DNA of 64,000 nucleotides, from positions 64,001 to 128,000 of the forward strand of contig CAWHCF010000031.1 in assembly GCA_963827655.1 (NCBI GenBank). Direction: 5' to 3'. The first letter of the stretch is position 1, and every line of letters begins with the position of its first letter. Source of the DNA: an uncultured Acidobacteriota bacterium. GTDB lineage: Bacteria; Acidobacteriota; UBA6911. The position numbers and the translations under genes are program-made. Below the pieces are notes generated by a model, which did no database searches, was not told the origin of the DNA, and saw nothing but the letters and a program-made list of their open reading frames with translations. Below, in pieces: positions 22,648-33,962 of the stretch.

Positions 22648-23517
22648 ATGTTGCGCGAAAAGCAAATTCGTGGTTTTTCGGGGTGGCTTTTTGTGTTTGG
22701 GTTTCTGGTGGTCCTGGGTTTCTCGATCTGGATGCTCGTCGTCGCGATTTCTGACCGAGCGGGGCCGGCGATCGTTGCCTGGTTGCTGGTCCAGGCCGTG
22801 GCTATAGTCTGCGTTTTCGGCTTGACGGTCGTTAACCCGAATGAGGCGAAGGTCGTCCAGCTGTTCGGGGTCTACAAGGGCTCGCTTAAGGAGCAGGGAT
22901 TCTGGTGGGTAAACCCGCTGACCCTGCGCCGCAAGGTCTCGCTGCGCGTGCGCAATTTCGAAAGCAGCCGGCTCAAGGTGAACGATCAGGATGGTAATCC
23001 TATCGAGATCGCGACCGTGATCGTGTGGCGCGTGGTCGAAACGGCCGAGGCGGTCTTTCACGTGGACGACTACGAGCACTTCGTTCACGTACAGAGCGAA
23101 TCGGCGGTGCGTAACCTGGCTACGACGTATCCTTACGACACTCATCTCGAGGGCCAGTTATCGCTGCGAGGCTCGGTCCTGGAGATTGCTCACCGGCTGC
23201 GCGAGGAGATTCAGGAGCGGCTCACAAGGGCCGGTGTGGAAGTGATCGAGGCCCGCATCAGCCATCTTGCCTATGCGCCGGAAATCGCAAGCGCGATGCT
23301 GCGGCGGCAGCAGGCGAGCGCCATCATCGCCGCCCGGCAGAAGATTGTCGAAGGGGCGGTGGGAATGGTCGAGATGGCTCTCGAGCAGCTGAGCTCCAAG
23401 CAGGTGGTTCAACTGGACGAGGAGCGGAAGGCCGCCATGGTGAGCAATCTGCTCGTCGTGCTCTGCAGCGACCGGGATGCGCAGCCGGTAGTGAACACCG
23501 GCACCTTGTATCAGTAG
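22648..23517 (+). CDS. SPFH/band-7 domain membrane protein
   Basis: Two TM helices, [68 protein letters not shown]. Confidence 0.92.
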   Translation: MLREKQIRGFSGWLFVFGFLVVLGFSIWMLVVAISDRAGPAIVAWLLVQAVAIVCVFGLTVVNPNEAKVVQLFGVYKGSLKEQGFWWVNPLTLRRKVSLRVRNFESSRLKVNDQDGNPIEIATVIVWRVVETAEAVFHVDDYEHFVHVQSESAVRNLATTYPYDTHLEGQLSLRGSVLEIAHRLREEIQERLTRAGVEVIEARISHLAYAPEIASAMLRRQQASAIIAARQKIVEGAVGMVEMALEQLSSKQVVQLDEERKAAMVSNLLVVLCSDRDAQPVVNTGTLYQ

Positions 23518-23554
23518 TCCAATTGACTGGGCCCCCCTGACTGGGGAAGGAGTG

Positions 23555-23773
23555 ATGGCGCCAAGAAAACCATTTCTGCTCCGGCTCGATCCGGCGACGC
23601 ACGAGGCGCTTCAGAGATGGGCGGACGCGGAACTGCGCAGCGTGAACGCGCAAATCGAATTCCTGCTCCGCCGCGCTCTTCGCGAGGCGGGGCGCCTGTC
23701 CGGTGGTGACGAGCCTCACGCGATCCCGGACAACGCCGGCGTTTCGGACGGCGGCAAGGAACGAAGCCAGTGA
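23555..23773 (+). CDS. Arc-like ribbon-helix-helix DNA-binding protein
   Basis: [39 protein letters not shown], a typical SPFH-operon partner. Confidence 0.85.
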   Translation: MAPRKPFLLRLDPATHEALQRWADAELRSVNAQIEFLLRRALREAGRLSGGDEPHAIPDNAGVSDGGKERSQ

Positions 23774-24532
23774 AGCAACCACACAGGTTTGAACAGAGTC
23801 AGCGTGGCTGGATCGCCCCGGAGGGGCTCGACCGGGCGCGTCCGCGCCGCGTTGCCCTGACTGGCGGCGGAAAGGCTCTGCTTGTTCTGGCGCTGGCCTT
23901 GTGTATCGGCAGTCTGCCTGCAGCTGTCCTGCTGGGCTCCGTCGCCCGGCGCAATGCGGAGGAGCGCAGGCTGATGCAGGAGCAAGGGCGTCGAGACGGA
24001 AGGCCGGATCACTCGTCTTGCCAGGGGCGGCGGCGAGGATCGTTACCGGGTTTCATACGGATTCACCGCGAATGGGCGAACCTACGAGCGGAACCGCAAG
24101 GTCTCGGCTCGAACCTGGAAATCGCTCAAAGTTGGAGCGAGCCTGCCCGTACGATATCTTCCATCCAACCCGGAGATCCACAATCCCGCCGGATGGAGCA
24201 AGAACGACATGCCAATGTGGCTTCCGCCTCTCGCCGGCTTCTCGCTGGCCATGGGAGGCTGGTTGTGCATGTTTCCTATTCGAAGCCAGCGCCGGCTTCT
24301 CGGCGGCGGCAGAGTGACCCCCGGGGTCGTGACGCGCCATTCAAAGGGACAGCATGGTTACACGATTTCCTACGAATTCTCTCTGATGAACGGAGCCCGG
24401 CGCACTGGAGAAACCGGTCCCAGGAAGGATCCTCCTGCTTTGGGCAGCACCCTCCCGGTACTCTATGATCCGGAGGAACCCCGGAAGAACGCCGTGTACC
24501 CGCTGTCGTTGGTGCGATTAGCCCAACCTTAG
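23770..24532 (+). CDS. DUF3592-like membrane protein (two TM + OB-like units), frameshift near 23987
   Basis: TM then [11 protein letters not shown]...YRVSYGFT...[10 protein letters not shown], second TM then GRVTPGVVT...ISYEF...[10 protein letters not shown]. An extra G in a GGG run explains the split. Confidence 0.65.
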
Positions 24533-24600
24533 AGTTTCTTCGTCTTGGTGTCCTGGTGGTATTGTTTTGCAGCCTAACGAAGACACGAAGAAGCCAAGCG

Positions 24601-25342
24601 ATGAAACGAGAGTTCGCAGAACAGTACGGCAATCTGGAGCAGTGGCACTGGTGGTTTCGCGGCCGCCAGAGAATTCTCGATCAAGTGCTACGCCGCGAGC
24701 TGGACGGCGTGGTCTCTCCCAGGGTGGCCTCGGTAGGATGCGGCCCGGCGGAAGGACTTGCCTGGCTCTCGTCTCTGGTGGAGCCACACGGGCAGGTCGT
24801 AGGCCTCGATCTCGATTCGACTCACGCGCGCAATTTGGGTCCCCGGATGAAATACGTGGTCGGCCGGCTGGAGGCAGTTCCCCTCGCCTCGCGTTCCTTC
24901 GACGCCGTCCTTGCGCTCGATGTTCTGGAGCACCTCGATGATGATGCCGCAGGCCTGCAGGAAGCCGGACGTCTGGTCAAGCGTGCCGGCCTGCTGCTGG
25001 TCACCGTCCCGGCCTTTCCCAGCCTCTGGGGAGGGCAGGACGAGGTCAGCTATCATCGGCGCCGATACACAAAGCGCAGCTCTGTGCCAGGCGTTTGAGC
25101 GCGCCGGGCTGCCGTCTCCCGAAGTGACTTATTTCAATGCGCTCCTGCTAGCCCCGATTGCGATGATTCGCTGGATGCATCGCCTCCAGGGACGGGCTCA
25201 TCAATCGCGCAGCGACTTCGATGGCAGCCGTCCCGGCCTGGCCAATGAAATCCTTGCCGGCGTGTTTGGCGCGGAGCGTCACCTGGTGGGCCGGGTTCCG
25301 ATACCGGCCGGGGTCAGCCTGCTGGCCACCGCACGTCCCTGA
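24601..25342 (+). CDS. Class I SAM-dependent methyltransferase, frameshift near 25078
   Basis: HWWFRGR, VGCGPA, FDAVLALDVLEHLDDD, VTVPAF, HRRRY, continuing in ORF 24911..25342 (GVSLLATARP). Confidence 0.85.
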
Positions 25343-25343
25343 G

Positions 25344-25457
25344 TCATGGCTCATCATTGGTCATTTGTCATCATTTGTCATTTCTCATTGACGTTCCGCT
25401 GGTGTGTTCAGCGTAAAGAATGACCAATGACGAATGAAAAATGATAAATGATAAATG
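25344..25457. repeat. Inverted heptamer tandem repeat (TCATTNG / AATGAC family)
   Basis: Left arm TCATTGG-TCATTTG-TCA...TCATTTC-TCATTG, right arm AATGACC-AATGACG-AATGAAA-AATGATA-AATGATA-AATG, around a ~28-nt spacer. Confidence 0.85.
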
Positions 25458-25459
25458 CT

Positions 25460-27313
25460 ATGTCCAAGAAAGCCAGGCGGCTTGACCGCCAAATCGTCGG
25501 CGCAGTCCTCTTCCCTCGTCAGTTCTGGTCGCGCAAGTCGCGCGCTGGGCTGGTCCGATCGCGATTGCGCTTGCCGGAATAGGAATGACCGTCTGGACCT
25601 GGCAAACGTGGGCGGATGTGTTAGTCGATTTTGGGCGCGAGGTATACGTTCCCTGGCAGTTGACTGAAGGTAAGGTGCTCTATCGGGATATTGCCTACTT
25701 CAATGGTCCTCTTTCACCTTACCTCAACTCCATCTGGTTTCGTTTGTTTGGTACCAGCATCCTCACCCTTGCCATCTGTAACCTGGTAATCCTTGCGGCG
25801 CTGGTCTGCCTCTTGTACGTCATCCTGACGCAGGTGGCGAGCCGGCTCGGCGCTACTGCCGCCTGTTTGCTGCTGCTGGTGGTTTTCTCCTTCGGGCAGC
25901 TTCTCCATATCGGGAACTTCAATTTCGTTTCCCCCTACGCCCACGAGATGACGCACGGCATCGTGCTCTCGGTTAGCGCCATCTTCTTCCTGGGCGTTTA
26001 TCTCAGGCGAAGGCAGGTCCTTCCCATCGCCGGCGCCGGGCTCGCGCTGGGTCTTGCCTTCCTGACCAAGCCGGAAGTATTCGCCGCCGCGGCTCTTTCG
26101 ATCGTGAGCGGTTTAGGATTGACGTTCTGGACCGAGCGTCCCTCTGCACGCCGCGTGGCCATTCTCCTTGGAAGCTTCACCTCCGCTGCGCTGCTGCCGC
26201 CGTTGGTCGCCTTCGCCCTGTTGAAGATGAACCTGGACGCCGGCGAAGCCTGGCGCGGGTTGTTGGGCGGATGGCTCTATGCCTTTAACGCGGAGCTGAG
26301 CGCTCAGACGTACTACCGCGACGTCCTCGGGACGCTCGATCTCGGTCAAAATCTGCTCGTCATCGTGAAGGCCATTGGGCTGTATTGCCTTTTCTTCCTT
26401 CCGCTCGCCGGATTGGCTTTCGCGCTGCGCAAGCTCGGAGCTTATCGCGCCTGGATTGCCTCGGCTTTGTTCTTGTTGCTCCTGCTCGTGCCTCAATTCC
26501 AGCGGCTGGTCTGGTCGAACCTGGTGCGGCCGCTGCCGCTGTTCATGGTCGTGCTGGCCGCAGTCTGCCTGGCTCTACTCTTTAAGCCGGATCTGGATCG
26601 GGAGGAAAAAGACCGGATGATCCTGCGAGCCACGCTTGCCGTATTTGCCCTGGCGCTGCTTGCGAAGATGATCTTCAAAGTCCGCGTGGCGCATTATGGC
26701 TTCGGGCTGAGTATGCCGGCGACGCTGTTGTTGGTCGTGAGCATCGTTGATTGGATTCCCCAGATGATCACCCGCAGGGGCGGATACGGCCCCCTGTTTC
26801 GCGCCGGTTCCCTGGCTCTGCTGGTTCTAGCGGGCCAGGGTTTTCTGGGTAACTTCGAGCGGTGGTTCAGGCATAAGAATTACGCCGGTCGGGAGCGGCG
26901 CCGACCGGATCCGGGCGGATGAGCGGGGGTATTTTGTGGCCCTGGCACTCGACGAAATCGGGCGCCAGCTCGCACCCAACGACACCCTCGCGGTCGTTCC
27001 AGAGGGAGTGATGCTGAACTATCTCTCTCGCCGCGTGAACCCGACGCCCCACATCAATTTCATGCCTCCGGAACTCATAATGTTTGGCGAACGTAGCATC
27101 CTGGCGGCTTTCGAGGCGCACCCGCCGGACTATGTGGCGGTGGCGCACAAACAGACTGAGGAATATGGTTTGCTCTACTTCGGCAAGGACTACGGTCAGA
27201 AGATCCACGCGTGGATCATGGAGAACTACACGCAGGTAAAGCTCTGGGGAGAGCCTCCGCTGCAGAGTCCCGCCTTTGGCATCCTTCTGCTCAAACGAAA
27301 AAGCATGGAATGA
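25460..27313 (+). CDS. Polytopic GT-C/ArnT-like membrane glycosyltransferase, frameshifts near 25485 and 26886
   Basis: VDFGREVY...GKVLYRD...GPLSPY first-loop motif, LAFLTKPE, about 12 TM helices and a soluble C-terminal domain (PEGVMLNYL...PDYVAV). Confidence 0.7.
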
Positions 27314-27347
27314 ATTCCTTGGCGGTGGAGGAGCCTGGACGCGAGGG

Positions 27348-30326
27348 CTATTTCAGAGTCGACAGATACGCCACCAGGTCGACAAGCTGCTGCGTGGTCA
27401 TGCCCGACGACAGTCCCGTCGGCATGAGCGAGGTGGCGCTCTTGGTCCGCGATACGATGTCCGAGGCCTGGATTCGGATCGTATTTCCGTTTGAATCCAC
27501 CAGTTCCATCGCGTCCTGGGTTTCCGAGCGAATGTAGCCGTCGAGATATCCCTGCGATCTGGTTCGCACAAGCCAGACCTGGTATTCATGGCTTACGGCC
27601 GCGCTCGGATTCAGGATAGATTCCAGCATCGCTTCCCGCGCCAGCTTGCCGCCGATTCGTGACAAGTCAGGCCCGACGTCGCGCCCTTCACCGGCGATTT
27701 TGTGGCACCTGTAGCATTGAGGGCCGTCGGTACTGTGAAAAATCGTTTTACCGCGCGGCACATCGCCCTTCATTTGGATCAACACCGGCAGCGGAGCCAG
27801 GGGCTTTCCAGTCCGTGTCTTCGGCAAGGGCAGCAGTTGTTGAGCCATGAGGCGAATGTTCTCATGAGGGCTGGCATTGGTGACGGTGCTTGCTTCCAGG
27901 ACAAGATCCTGCGCCAGCTTTCCCTGCTCGGCCATCTGCAGCAGGACCAGCGCGCCCGATTTTGAAGCTCCGAGGAGGCGCACAACTTCCCGGCGAAGGT
28001 CTCCGGGAACCGATGGCTTCAAGAGGATTCCCTGCAGCGTCTGTTGAGCGTCATCACTGTTGAGCGCGCTCATAGCCCGCGCGGCGGCGATCGCGACGCT
28101 TCGATCGGGATCCCCGAGCAACATTCGAAGCGGATCGAGCGGGAGAGGAGACTGCAGCTGCCGCATGGTTTCGATGGCCGCAATGCGCGACTCACGGGAG
28201 TTCTGACGATTTTTTGCCGTCTCCATGAGCTGCGGTATGAATTCGGTCAGGCGCAGCTCTCGAATCAGGCGTTCGGCTCCGGGTCGAAGCTCGGCACTTT
28301 GCAAAGCCGTCTTGAGAAAATCACGCAGCCGGGGATCCAGCCGCGCCGAGGCCCCTCCGGATCCAGCATCCCGGCCCAGGAACTGGAGCGCAGCCAGAAT
28401 GATGGGTCGCGGGGTATCCTCGCGGAGCTGCCCGAGCATTCGGTCGACGGCCATGTCGTTTTGCCCGGCAGCCACAATCTTCAGCGCATCCAGACGCTCC
28501 TCAACCGGCCGGCCTGGGTCCGCCAGAACCTCACCGGCCATCTGGACGGCTTCGGGAGGATGCAGTTGGAAGGCGAGCTCGACGAAGCGCTTGTCCCACC
28601 CGCTCCCGAATCTCTTCACGATCTCGGAGAAGTAGCGGCTTTCATGCCCCCGCATCGCAATGCCGAGAGCTTCCCGGTAGAACCGATCCTGCCCGTCAAA
28701 TCTTTCAGCCAGCTTCAGGATCCAATCCGAAACCCATTCGCCTTTGCTATGTTGAAGCCGCAGCAGCAACTCGCGGCGCACCCCTGGATCGGAGTCCTCA
28801 AGGAGCCAGTGCGCTGCGCGAAGGCTTTCAGCACCTGGCGCCGCAAGGATCCTGAGCGCCTGGATCCGGAACTCAGGCCGCGGGTCGCGCGTGGTTTCGA
28901 GCGCCAGCGCGCGTCCGGGTTCGCCCCAGGATCCGGCGAGCCAGAGGGCGCGGGCGCGCAGAACGTCATCGCCTTTGCGAGCCAGCGGTTCCAGAATCTG
29001 CCGCGCCTGATCGCTCTTTTTTTCATCCAGAGCCTGAAAGGCCAGGAACCGGGTCGCCTGGTTGGGCGAACCAAGCGCGGTGACCGCGGCGGTCGCGCTT
29101 GACAGGTCCGGCTTCTGGACCTGGTAGCGGCTCCCAGTCGGCGCTACGCGGTAGACGCGGCCGCGCGAGAAATCCCTCAGGTTGTGCCCACCGACACCCG
29201 GATCGTACCAGTCGGCGACAAAAAGCGAGCCGTCGGGCGCCGCGGCGACATCGATCGGGCGGAACCATTTATCGCCGGGACAGGAGAGGATGGTCTGGAT
29301 TTCCGCCGAGAAGGAGGCCCCGCTGGGTCTCACCGGGTAGGAGCGTACGACCCCGGGTCCCGCGTCGGCGTGGATCAGCGTTCTGCGAAAGCGTTCGGGC
29401 AGGAGTGTTCCCTCGTAAAACATCATTCCGGTCGGCGAGCCGAAACCGGTCTTGAGAATCTTGGGCACCACGCCCGGAGCATCTTCATTCCAGTGCACGG
29501 CATCCAGCCGGCGGTCTCCTCTCCGCCTGGGCCAGTATCCGTAATTTCCTCCTTCCATGACAAACACGATCCGGCACTGCTCGTTTCCGTCATCGTCGTT
29601 GTCGGAGATGAACACGTTTCCGAGCGAGTCCACCGCAGGCTCGAAAGGATTGCGCAATCCCTCGGCGAGCAACTCCAGACTCTTCCCCTCCAGATCGGTG
29701 CGCAACACGGACGCAGCCATGTGCGGCGCGTTAGGGCCGACCCGGATGCGATTACCCTGGCGATCCGTAACGTCCAGCCCCTGGTCGCCGTTGCTCAAAT
29801 AAAGGTGGCCGTCCGGACCGAAAATAACTCCATGGATCGCATGATCGTGGTCCACGCCTTTGAACCCCGTCAGCACTACTGTTTTCTTGTCGGCCACGCC
29901 GTCCCCATCGGTGTCCTCCAAATAGAAAAGATCGGGGGACTGGCAGACGTAAACGCGGCGTCCAAGGACGGCGATTCCGAGCGGCGCCTGGAGCGAAGCA
30001 TCCTGGTAATACGTGGTTGCCTTGTCGCAGCGTCCGTCTCCGTTCGTGTCTTCAAGTATCCGGATGCGGTCGCCATCCCGGCGCGAGAGCGGGTTCTTGA
30101 AGAGCCGGTAATTGGCAGCCTCGGTCACCCAGACACGTCCCTCGGAGTCAACATCCATCGCGGTCGGATTCACCAGATCCGGTTCCGCGGCGAAGAGTGA
30201 GACCTCGAGGCCTTCAGCCGTCTTCATATTCCGGAGCGCCCTTTCAGCCGGCATCTGGCCGTGGAGTGCGCTCAGACAGACCAGAATGCCGACCAAGATA
30301 ATCGTGAGTGGCAGGAATCGCTTCAT
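27348..30326 (-). CDS. PVC-type heme-binding CxxCH protein (GDH-like propeller + HEAT repeats + cytochrome c)
   Basis: Signal peptide, EGLEVSLFAAEPDLVNP, DTDGDGVAD, GLRNP, WFRPIDV, HEAT-like middle, CYRCH, GPDLSRIG, SLMPTGL. Confidence 0.9.
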   Translation of the reverse strand: MKRFLPLTIILVGILVCLSALHGQMPAERALRNMKTAEGLEVSLFAAEPDLVNPTAMDVDSEGRVWVTEAANYRLFKNPLSRRDGDRIRILEDTNGDGRCDKATTYYQDASLQAPLGIAVLGRRVYVCQSPDLFYLEDTDGDGVADKKTVVLTGFKGVDHDHAIHGVIFGPDGHLYLSNGDQGLDVTDRQGNRIRVGPNAPHMAASVLRTDLEGKSLELLAEGLRNPFEPAVDSLGNVFISDNDDDGNEQCRIVFVMEGGNYGYWPRRRGDRRLDAVHWNEDAPGVVPKILKTGFGSPTGMMFYEGTLLPERFRRTLIHADAGPGVVRSYPVRPSGASFSAEIQTILSCPGDKWFRPIDVAAAPDGSLFVADWYDPGVGGHNLRDFSRGRVYRVAPTGSRYQVQKPDLSSATAAVTALGSPNQATRFLAFQALDEKKSDQARQILEPLARKGDDVLRARALWLAGSWGEPGRALALETTRDPRPEFRIQALRILAAPGAESLRAAHWLLEDSDPGVRRELLLRLQHSKGEWVSDWILKLAERFDGQDRFYREALGIAMRGHESRYFSEIVKRFGSGWDKRFVELAFQLHPPEAVQMAGEVLADPGRPVEERLDALKIVAAGQNDMAVDRMLGQLREDTPRPIILAALQFLGRDAGSGGASARLDPRLRDFLKTALQSAELRPGAERLIRELRLTEFIPQLMETAKNRQNSRESRIAAIETMRQLQSPLPLDPLRMLLGDPDRSVAIAAARAMSALNSDDAQQTLQGILLKPSVPGDLRREVVRLLGASKSGALVLLQMAEQGKLAQDLVLEASTVTNASPHENIRLMAQQLLPLPKTRTGKPLAPLPVLIQMKGDVPRGKTIFHSTDGPQCYRCHKIAGEGRDVGPDLSRIGGKLAREAMLESILNPSAAVSHEYQVWLVRTRSQGYLDGYIRSETQDAMELVDSNGNTIRIQASDIVSRTKSATSLMPTGLSSGMTTQQLVDLVAYLSTLK

Positions 30327-30382
30327 AGGCGTTTTCTTCGCATCTCGTGGTTGATTGGTGCGCGATGACCTCCTCTTAAAGG

Positions 30383-31684
30383 TCACATCTGTGCGACGAC
30401 TGATTTTACTTCCTCCTCCTCGGAGATTTCACCGCGGTATGTTTCCGAGGCTAAATAGGTCGATACCAGGGTAATCAAAGCCATCAGCGACATATACGCC
30501 GCGACGGCGGCGTAGCCCACCGAAGCCATGAGCGCGGTCGCGATCAATGGCGCAAATCCTCCGGCGAATACGGACGTGAGCTGATAGCTCAGTGAAGCGC
30601 CGGTGTAACGAACGCGGGTGCCGAATAATTCGGAGAAGTAGGCGGCCTGAGGGCCATACATGGCATCATGACCGACATTCACTGCCAGCGTTATGGCAAG
30701 CCAGACCAGGATTGCGGATTTTGAATTAATCAGCCAGAAGAAAGGGAATGCAAACAGCAGCGTGAAAAGGGCGCCGAAGAGATACACGGGCCTCCGCCCC
30801 ACCCGATCCGACAGCGCCCCGAAGGCTGGAATCGAGAAAAGCCCGATCACGGCGGAAAGGATGACGCCACCGAGCATGATGCTTTTCGGCAGCTTCAGTT
30901 CGTCGGTGCCATAGCTGAGAACGAAGACTGTGAAAATATAGAACGTGCCGTTTTCGGCAAAGCGCATTCCCATTGCCAGGAAGATGTTTCTCGAATAATC
31001 CCTGAATGCGTCGAGCAGTGGTCGATGAGCTTCGCTCCGGTTCTGGACCATCCGGGTGAACACGGGGGTCTCCAGAAGGCGCAACCGGATGAAGATGCCC
31101 ACCCCGATCAGGACAACACTCAGCAGAAAGGGAATCCGCCAGCCCCAGGCGAGGAACTGCTCTTCGGAGAGACTGGAGGACGCGGCGGCAAAGACCGACG
31201 TGGAGAGCAGCAGTCCCGCGGGGACTCCCATTTGGGGCCAGCTTCCGGCGAAGCCTCGCGCCCCCTTGGGAGAGTGCTCGACCGCCATCAGAACCGCGCC
31301 CCCCCATTCTCCACCCACTCCGATTCCCTGGGCGAATCGCATCAGGACGAGGCCCGCCGGCGCCATTATTCCGATCGTCTCGTACGTCGGGAGAAGACCA
31401 ATCAGGAATGTGGCGATACCCATGATCAGCAGCGAATATACGAGCATCGACTTCCGGCCCACCCGGTCGCCGAAGTGCCCGAAGATTATCCCGCCGAACG
31501 GCCGGGCCAGAAACCCTACGGCAAAAGTGGAAAAAGCGGACAAGGTCCCCAGGAGCTGATCGAAATTCGGGAAGAAAAGCTTATTAAATACGAGAGCTGC
31601 GGCCGTGCCGTAGAGAAAAAAGTCGTACCATTCAATGGTCGTTCCGATAAAGCTCGCAAGAATGACCTGCCGGATCGACTTCAT
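30383..31684 (-). CDS. MFS transporter, metabolite:H+ symporter (ShiA-like) family
   Basis: GTTIEWYDFFLY, GHFGDRVGRK, QGIGVGGEWGGA, SDRVGRRPV, SELFGTRVRYTG. 12 TM helices. Confidence 0.92.
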   Translation of the reverse strand: MKSIRQVILASFIGTTIEWYDFFLYGTAAALVFNKLFFPNFDQLLGTLSAFSTFAVGFLARPFGGIIFGHFGDRVGRKSMLVYSLLIMGIATFLIGLLPTYETIGIMAPAGLVLMRFAQGIGVGGEWGGAVLMAVEHSPKGARGFAGSWPQMGVPAGLLLSTSVFAAASSSLSEEQFLAWGWRIPFLLSVVLIGVGIFIRLRLLETPVFTRMVQNRSEAHRPLLDAFRDYSRNIFLAMGMRFAENGTFYIFTVFVLSYGTDELKLPKSIMLGGVILSAVIGLFSIPAFGALSDRVGRRPVYLFGALFTLLFAFPFFWLINSKSAILVWLAITLAVNVGHDAMYGPQAAYFSELFGTRVRYTGASLSYQLTSVFAGGFAPLIATALMASVGYAAVAAYMSLMALITLVSTYLASETYRGEISEEEEVKSVVAQM

Positions 31685-31881
31685 GTCTCCAGTGGCCTGG
31701 CGCTCCCTGCCCAATTCGATGTCCTCTCGATAGCCCCGAGGATACCCCAATCCTGCAGATTTCTGGAAAGAGATACCGCCGGGCTCCGGGGGACATACGT
31801 GGCCCGGTCGGTTGGGGGAGGGAGACCATGACCCGCCTGGTTCGCATATTCACAGATCGGTCTGGCTTTGTTACAGAAGTG

Positions 31882-31940
31882 TTGACAAAGCTTTACCGCG
31901 TTGTTATGCTGCGAAAGTCATTCCGGACTAATTTAGTCCG
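31882..31940 (+). promoter_or_regulatory. suf operon promoter and Rrf2 operator
   Basis: TTGACA-17 nt-TATGCT (31882-31910), followed by the perfect palindrome CGGACTAA-T-TTAGTCCG (31924-31940). Confidence 0.8.
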
Positions 31941-31963
31941 ATTTGATCGGAGGTGACCCAATC

Positions 31964-32431
31964 ATGCTAAGGGTAACCAAGTTAGCTGACTACGGGATTG
32001 TGATGCTGACTCATCTGGCGCACCACTCAGAACACGTCCAGCACAATGCTCGAGATCTTTCTTTGGAGGTGGGTCTACCCCTGCCGGTGGTGAGCAAAAT
32101 CTTGAAGCTCCTTGCGCGTGAAGGGCTCCTGATTTCTCACCGCGGTACCAAAGGAGGTTATGGGCTGGCGCGCCCCCCTTCGGAGATCTCGGTGGCCGAA
32201 ATAATCCGGGCCCTCGAGGGGCCGATCGCCATAACCGAATGTACTGACAAGATTCACGGGGATTGTAGTCTTGAGCTTTTGTGTCCGGTCAAAAGCAACT
32301 GGCACAGGATCAACGCCGCAATCCATGAAGCCCTGGAAAAGATCACCCTGGCTGAGATGGCTCAGCCGCTTCTTCCGCCGCTGGTGAATTTGACGGAAAG
32401 GAGTCCGATCCAGGGATTCCGCGTCTCTTGA
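31964..32431 (+). CDS. Rrf2-family SUF system Fe-S regulator
   Basis: [11 protein letters not shown], w[16 protein letters not shown], three Cys ([17 protein letters not shown]). First gene of the suf operon. Confidence 0.9.
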   Translation: MLRVTKLADYGIVMLTHLAHHSEHVQHNARDLSLEVGLPLPVVSKILKLLAREGLLISHRGTKGGYGLARPPSEISVAEIIRALEGPIAITECTDKIHGDCSLELLCPVKSNWHRINAAIHEALEKITLAEMAQPLLPPLVNLTERSPIQGFRVS

Positions 32432-32456
32432 AAGGACGCTGGTTCAATGGAGAATC

Positions 32457-33893
32457 ATGAGCTCTAATATTCAGGATCTTGCAAATCAGGAATACAAGTA
32501 CGGCTTTGTAACCGAAATCGAGGCCGACACCGTTCCTCGCGGTCTGAGTGAGGACGTCATTCGCCTTATCTCCTCGAAGAAAAACGAGCCCAAGTTCATG
32601 CTGGATTGGAGGCTGAAGGCGTACCGGCACTGGCTTACGATGGAGGAGCCCAAGTGGTCGACGGTCCGTTATCCGCCCATCGATTATCAGGGCATTAGCT
32701 ACTACTCGGCGCCGAAAATGAAGGAGCGGCCCAAGAGTCTCGACGAAGTCGACCCCGAACTTCTCGCCACTTACGAAAAGCTCGGCATCCCGTTGCGGGA
32801 GCGAGAGCTGCTCGCAGGGGTTGCAGTCGACGCCGTCTTCGATAGTGTGTCGGTGGCGACGACTTTCAAGGAAAAACTGGCAGAGATGGGCATCATCTTC
32901 TGCTCGTTCTCGGAAGCCGCCGAGCAACATCCGGACCTGGTCAAGAAATACCTGGGAACCGTAGTGCCCTATACCGACAACTTTTTCGCGACCTTGAATT
33001 CAGCGGTCTTTACTGACGGGTCCTTTGCCTACATTCCCAAGGGCGTGCGCTGCCCGATGGAGCTTTCGACCTATTTCAGAATAAACGCGGCGGCCACGGG
33101 GCAGTTCGAGCGAACGCTCATCATCGCCGACGAGGGTGCGTACGTCAGCTACCTGGAAGGATGCACGGCTCCGATGCGCGATGAAAACCAGCTTCACGCC
33201 GCGGTGGTGGAGTTGATTGCGCTCGATAATGCTCAGATCAAGTACTCTACCGTGCAGAACTGGTATCCGGGGGACAAGGAAGGAAAGGGTGGGATTTACA
33301 ACTTCGTTACCAAGCGCGGCAAGTGTCTCGGAGTGAACTCGAAAATATCGTGGACCCAGGTCGAAACCGGCTCCGCAATAACCTGGAAGTACCCGAGTTG
33401 TATCCTCCAGGGAGACAATTCGATCGGCGAATTCTACTCCGTGGCGCTCACCAATAATTACCAGCAGGCGGATACCGGTACCAAGATGATCCACATCGGG
33501 AAAGGCACCCGGAGCACAATCGTCTCGAAAGGAATCTCCGCCGGCCATGGTCAGAATACTTACCGGGGGATGGTGAAGATACTGAAGGGAGCGACGGGAG
33601 CCCGAAACTATTCCCGATGCGACTCCCTGCTCCTGGGCGACAAGTGCGGCGCCCATACCTTCCCGTACATCGAAGTCAAGAACTCGTCCGCTCAGATGGA
33701 GCACGAGGCTTCGACATCGAAGATTGGTGAAGACCAGATCTTCTATTGCCAGCAGCGAGGAATCTCCGCTGAGGCTGCAGTCTCGATGATCGTCAATGGC
33801 TTCTGCAAGCAGGTCTTCCGGGAGCTCCCGATGGAGTTTGCCGTCGAGGCCCAGAAACTTCTTGGTGTAAGCCTGGAAGGTAGCGTCGGCTGA
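32457..33893 (+). CDS. sufB: Fe-S cluster assembly protein SufB
   Basis: [54 protein letters not shown]. Confidence 0.98.
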   Translation: MSSNIQDLANQEYKYGFVTEIEADTVPRGLSEDVIRLISSKKNEPKFMLDWRLKAYRHWLTMEEPKWSTVRYPPIDYQGISYYSAPKMKERPKSLDEVDPELLATYEKLGIPLRERELLAGVAVDAVFDSVSVATTFKEKLAEMGIIFCSFSEAAEQHPDLVKKYLGTVVPYTDNFFATLNSAVFTDGSFAYIPKGVRCPMELSTYFRINAAATGQFERTLIIADEGAYVSYLEGCTAPMRDENQLHAAVVELIALDNAQIKYSTVQNWYPGDKEGKGGIYNFVTKRGKCLGVNSKISWTQVETGSAITWKYPSCILQGDNSIGEFYSVALTNNYQQADTGTKMIHIGKGTRSTIVSKGISAGHGQNTYRGMVKILKGATGARNYSRCDSLLLGDKCGAHTFPYIEVKNSSAQMEHEASTSKIGEDQIFYCQQRGISAEAAVSMIVNGFCKQVFRELPMEFAVEAQKLLGVSLEGSVG

Positions 33894-33962
33894 CGGACTG
33901 CGGATTGAAGACCAAAGATACAGATTTCGCAATCGAGACCAGGCAGACGCGAGGAGAAAGGA

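Noticed and set aside
23555-23773. HicB-like antitoxin of a toxin-antitoxin pair
   Set aside because: No adjacent toxin. The context and operator-like site fit an SPFH operon regulator.
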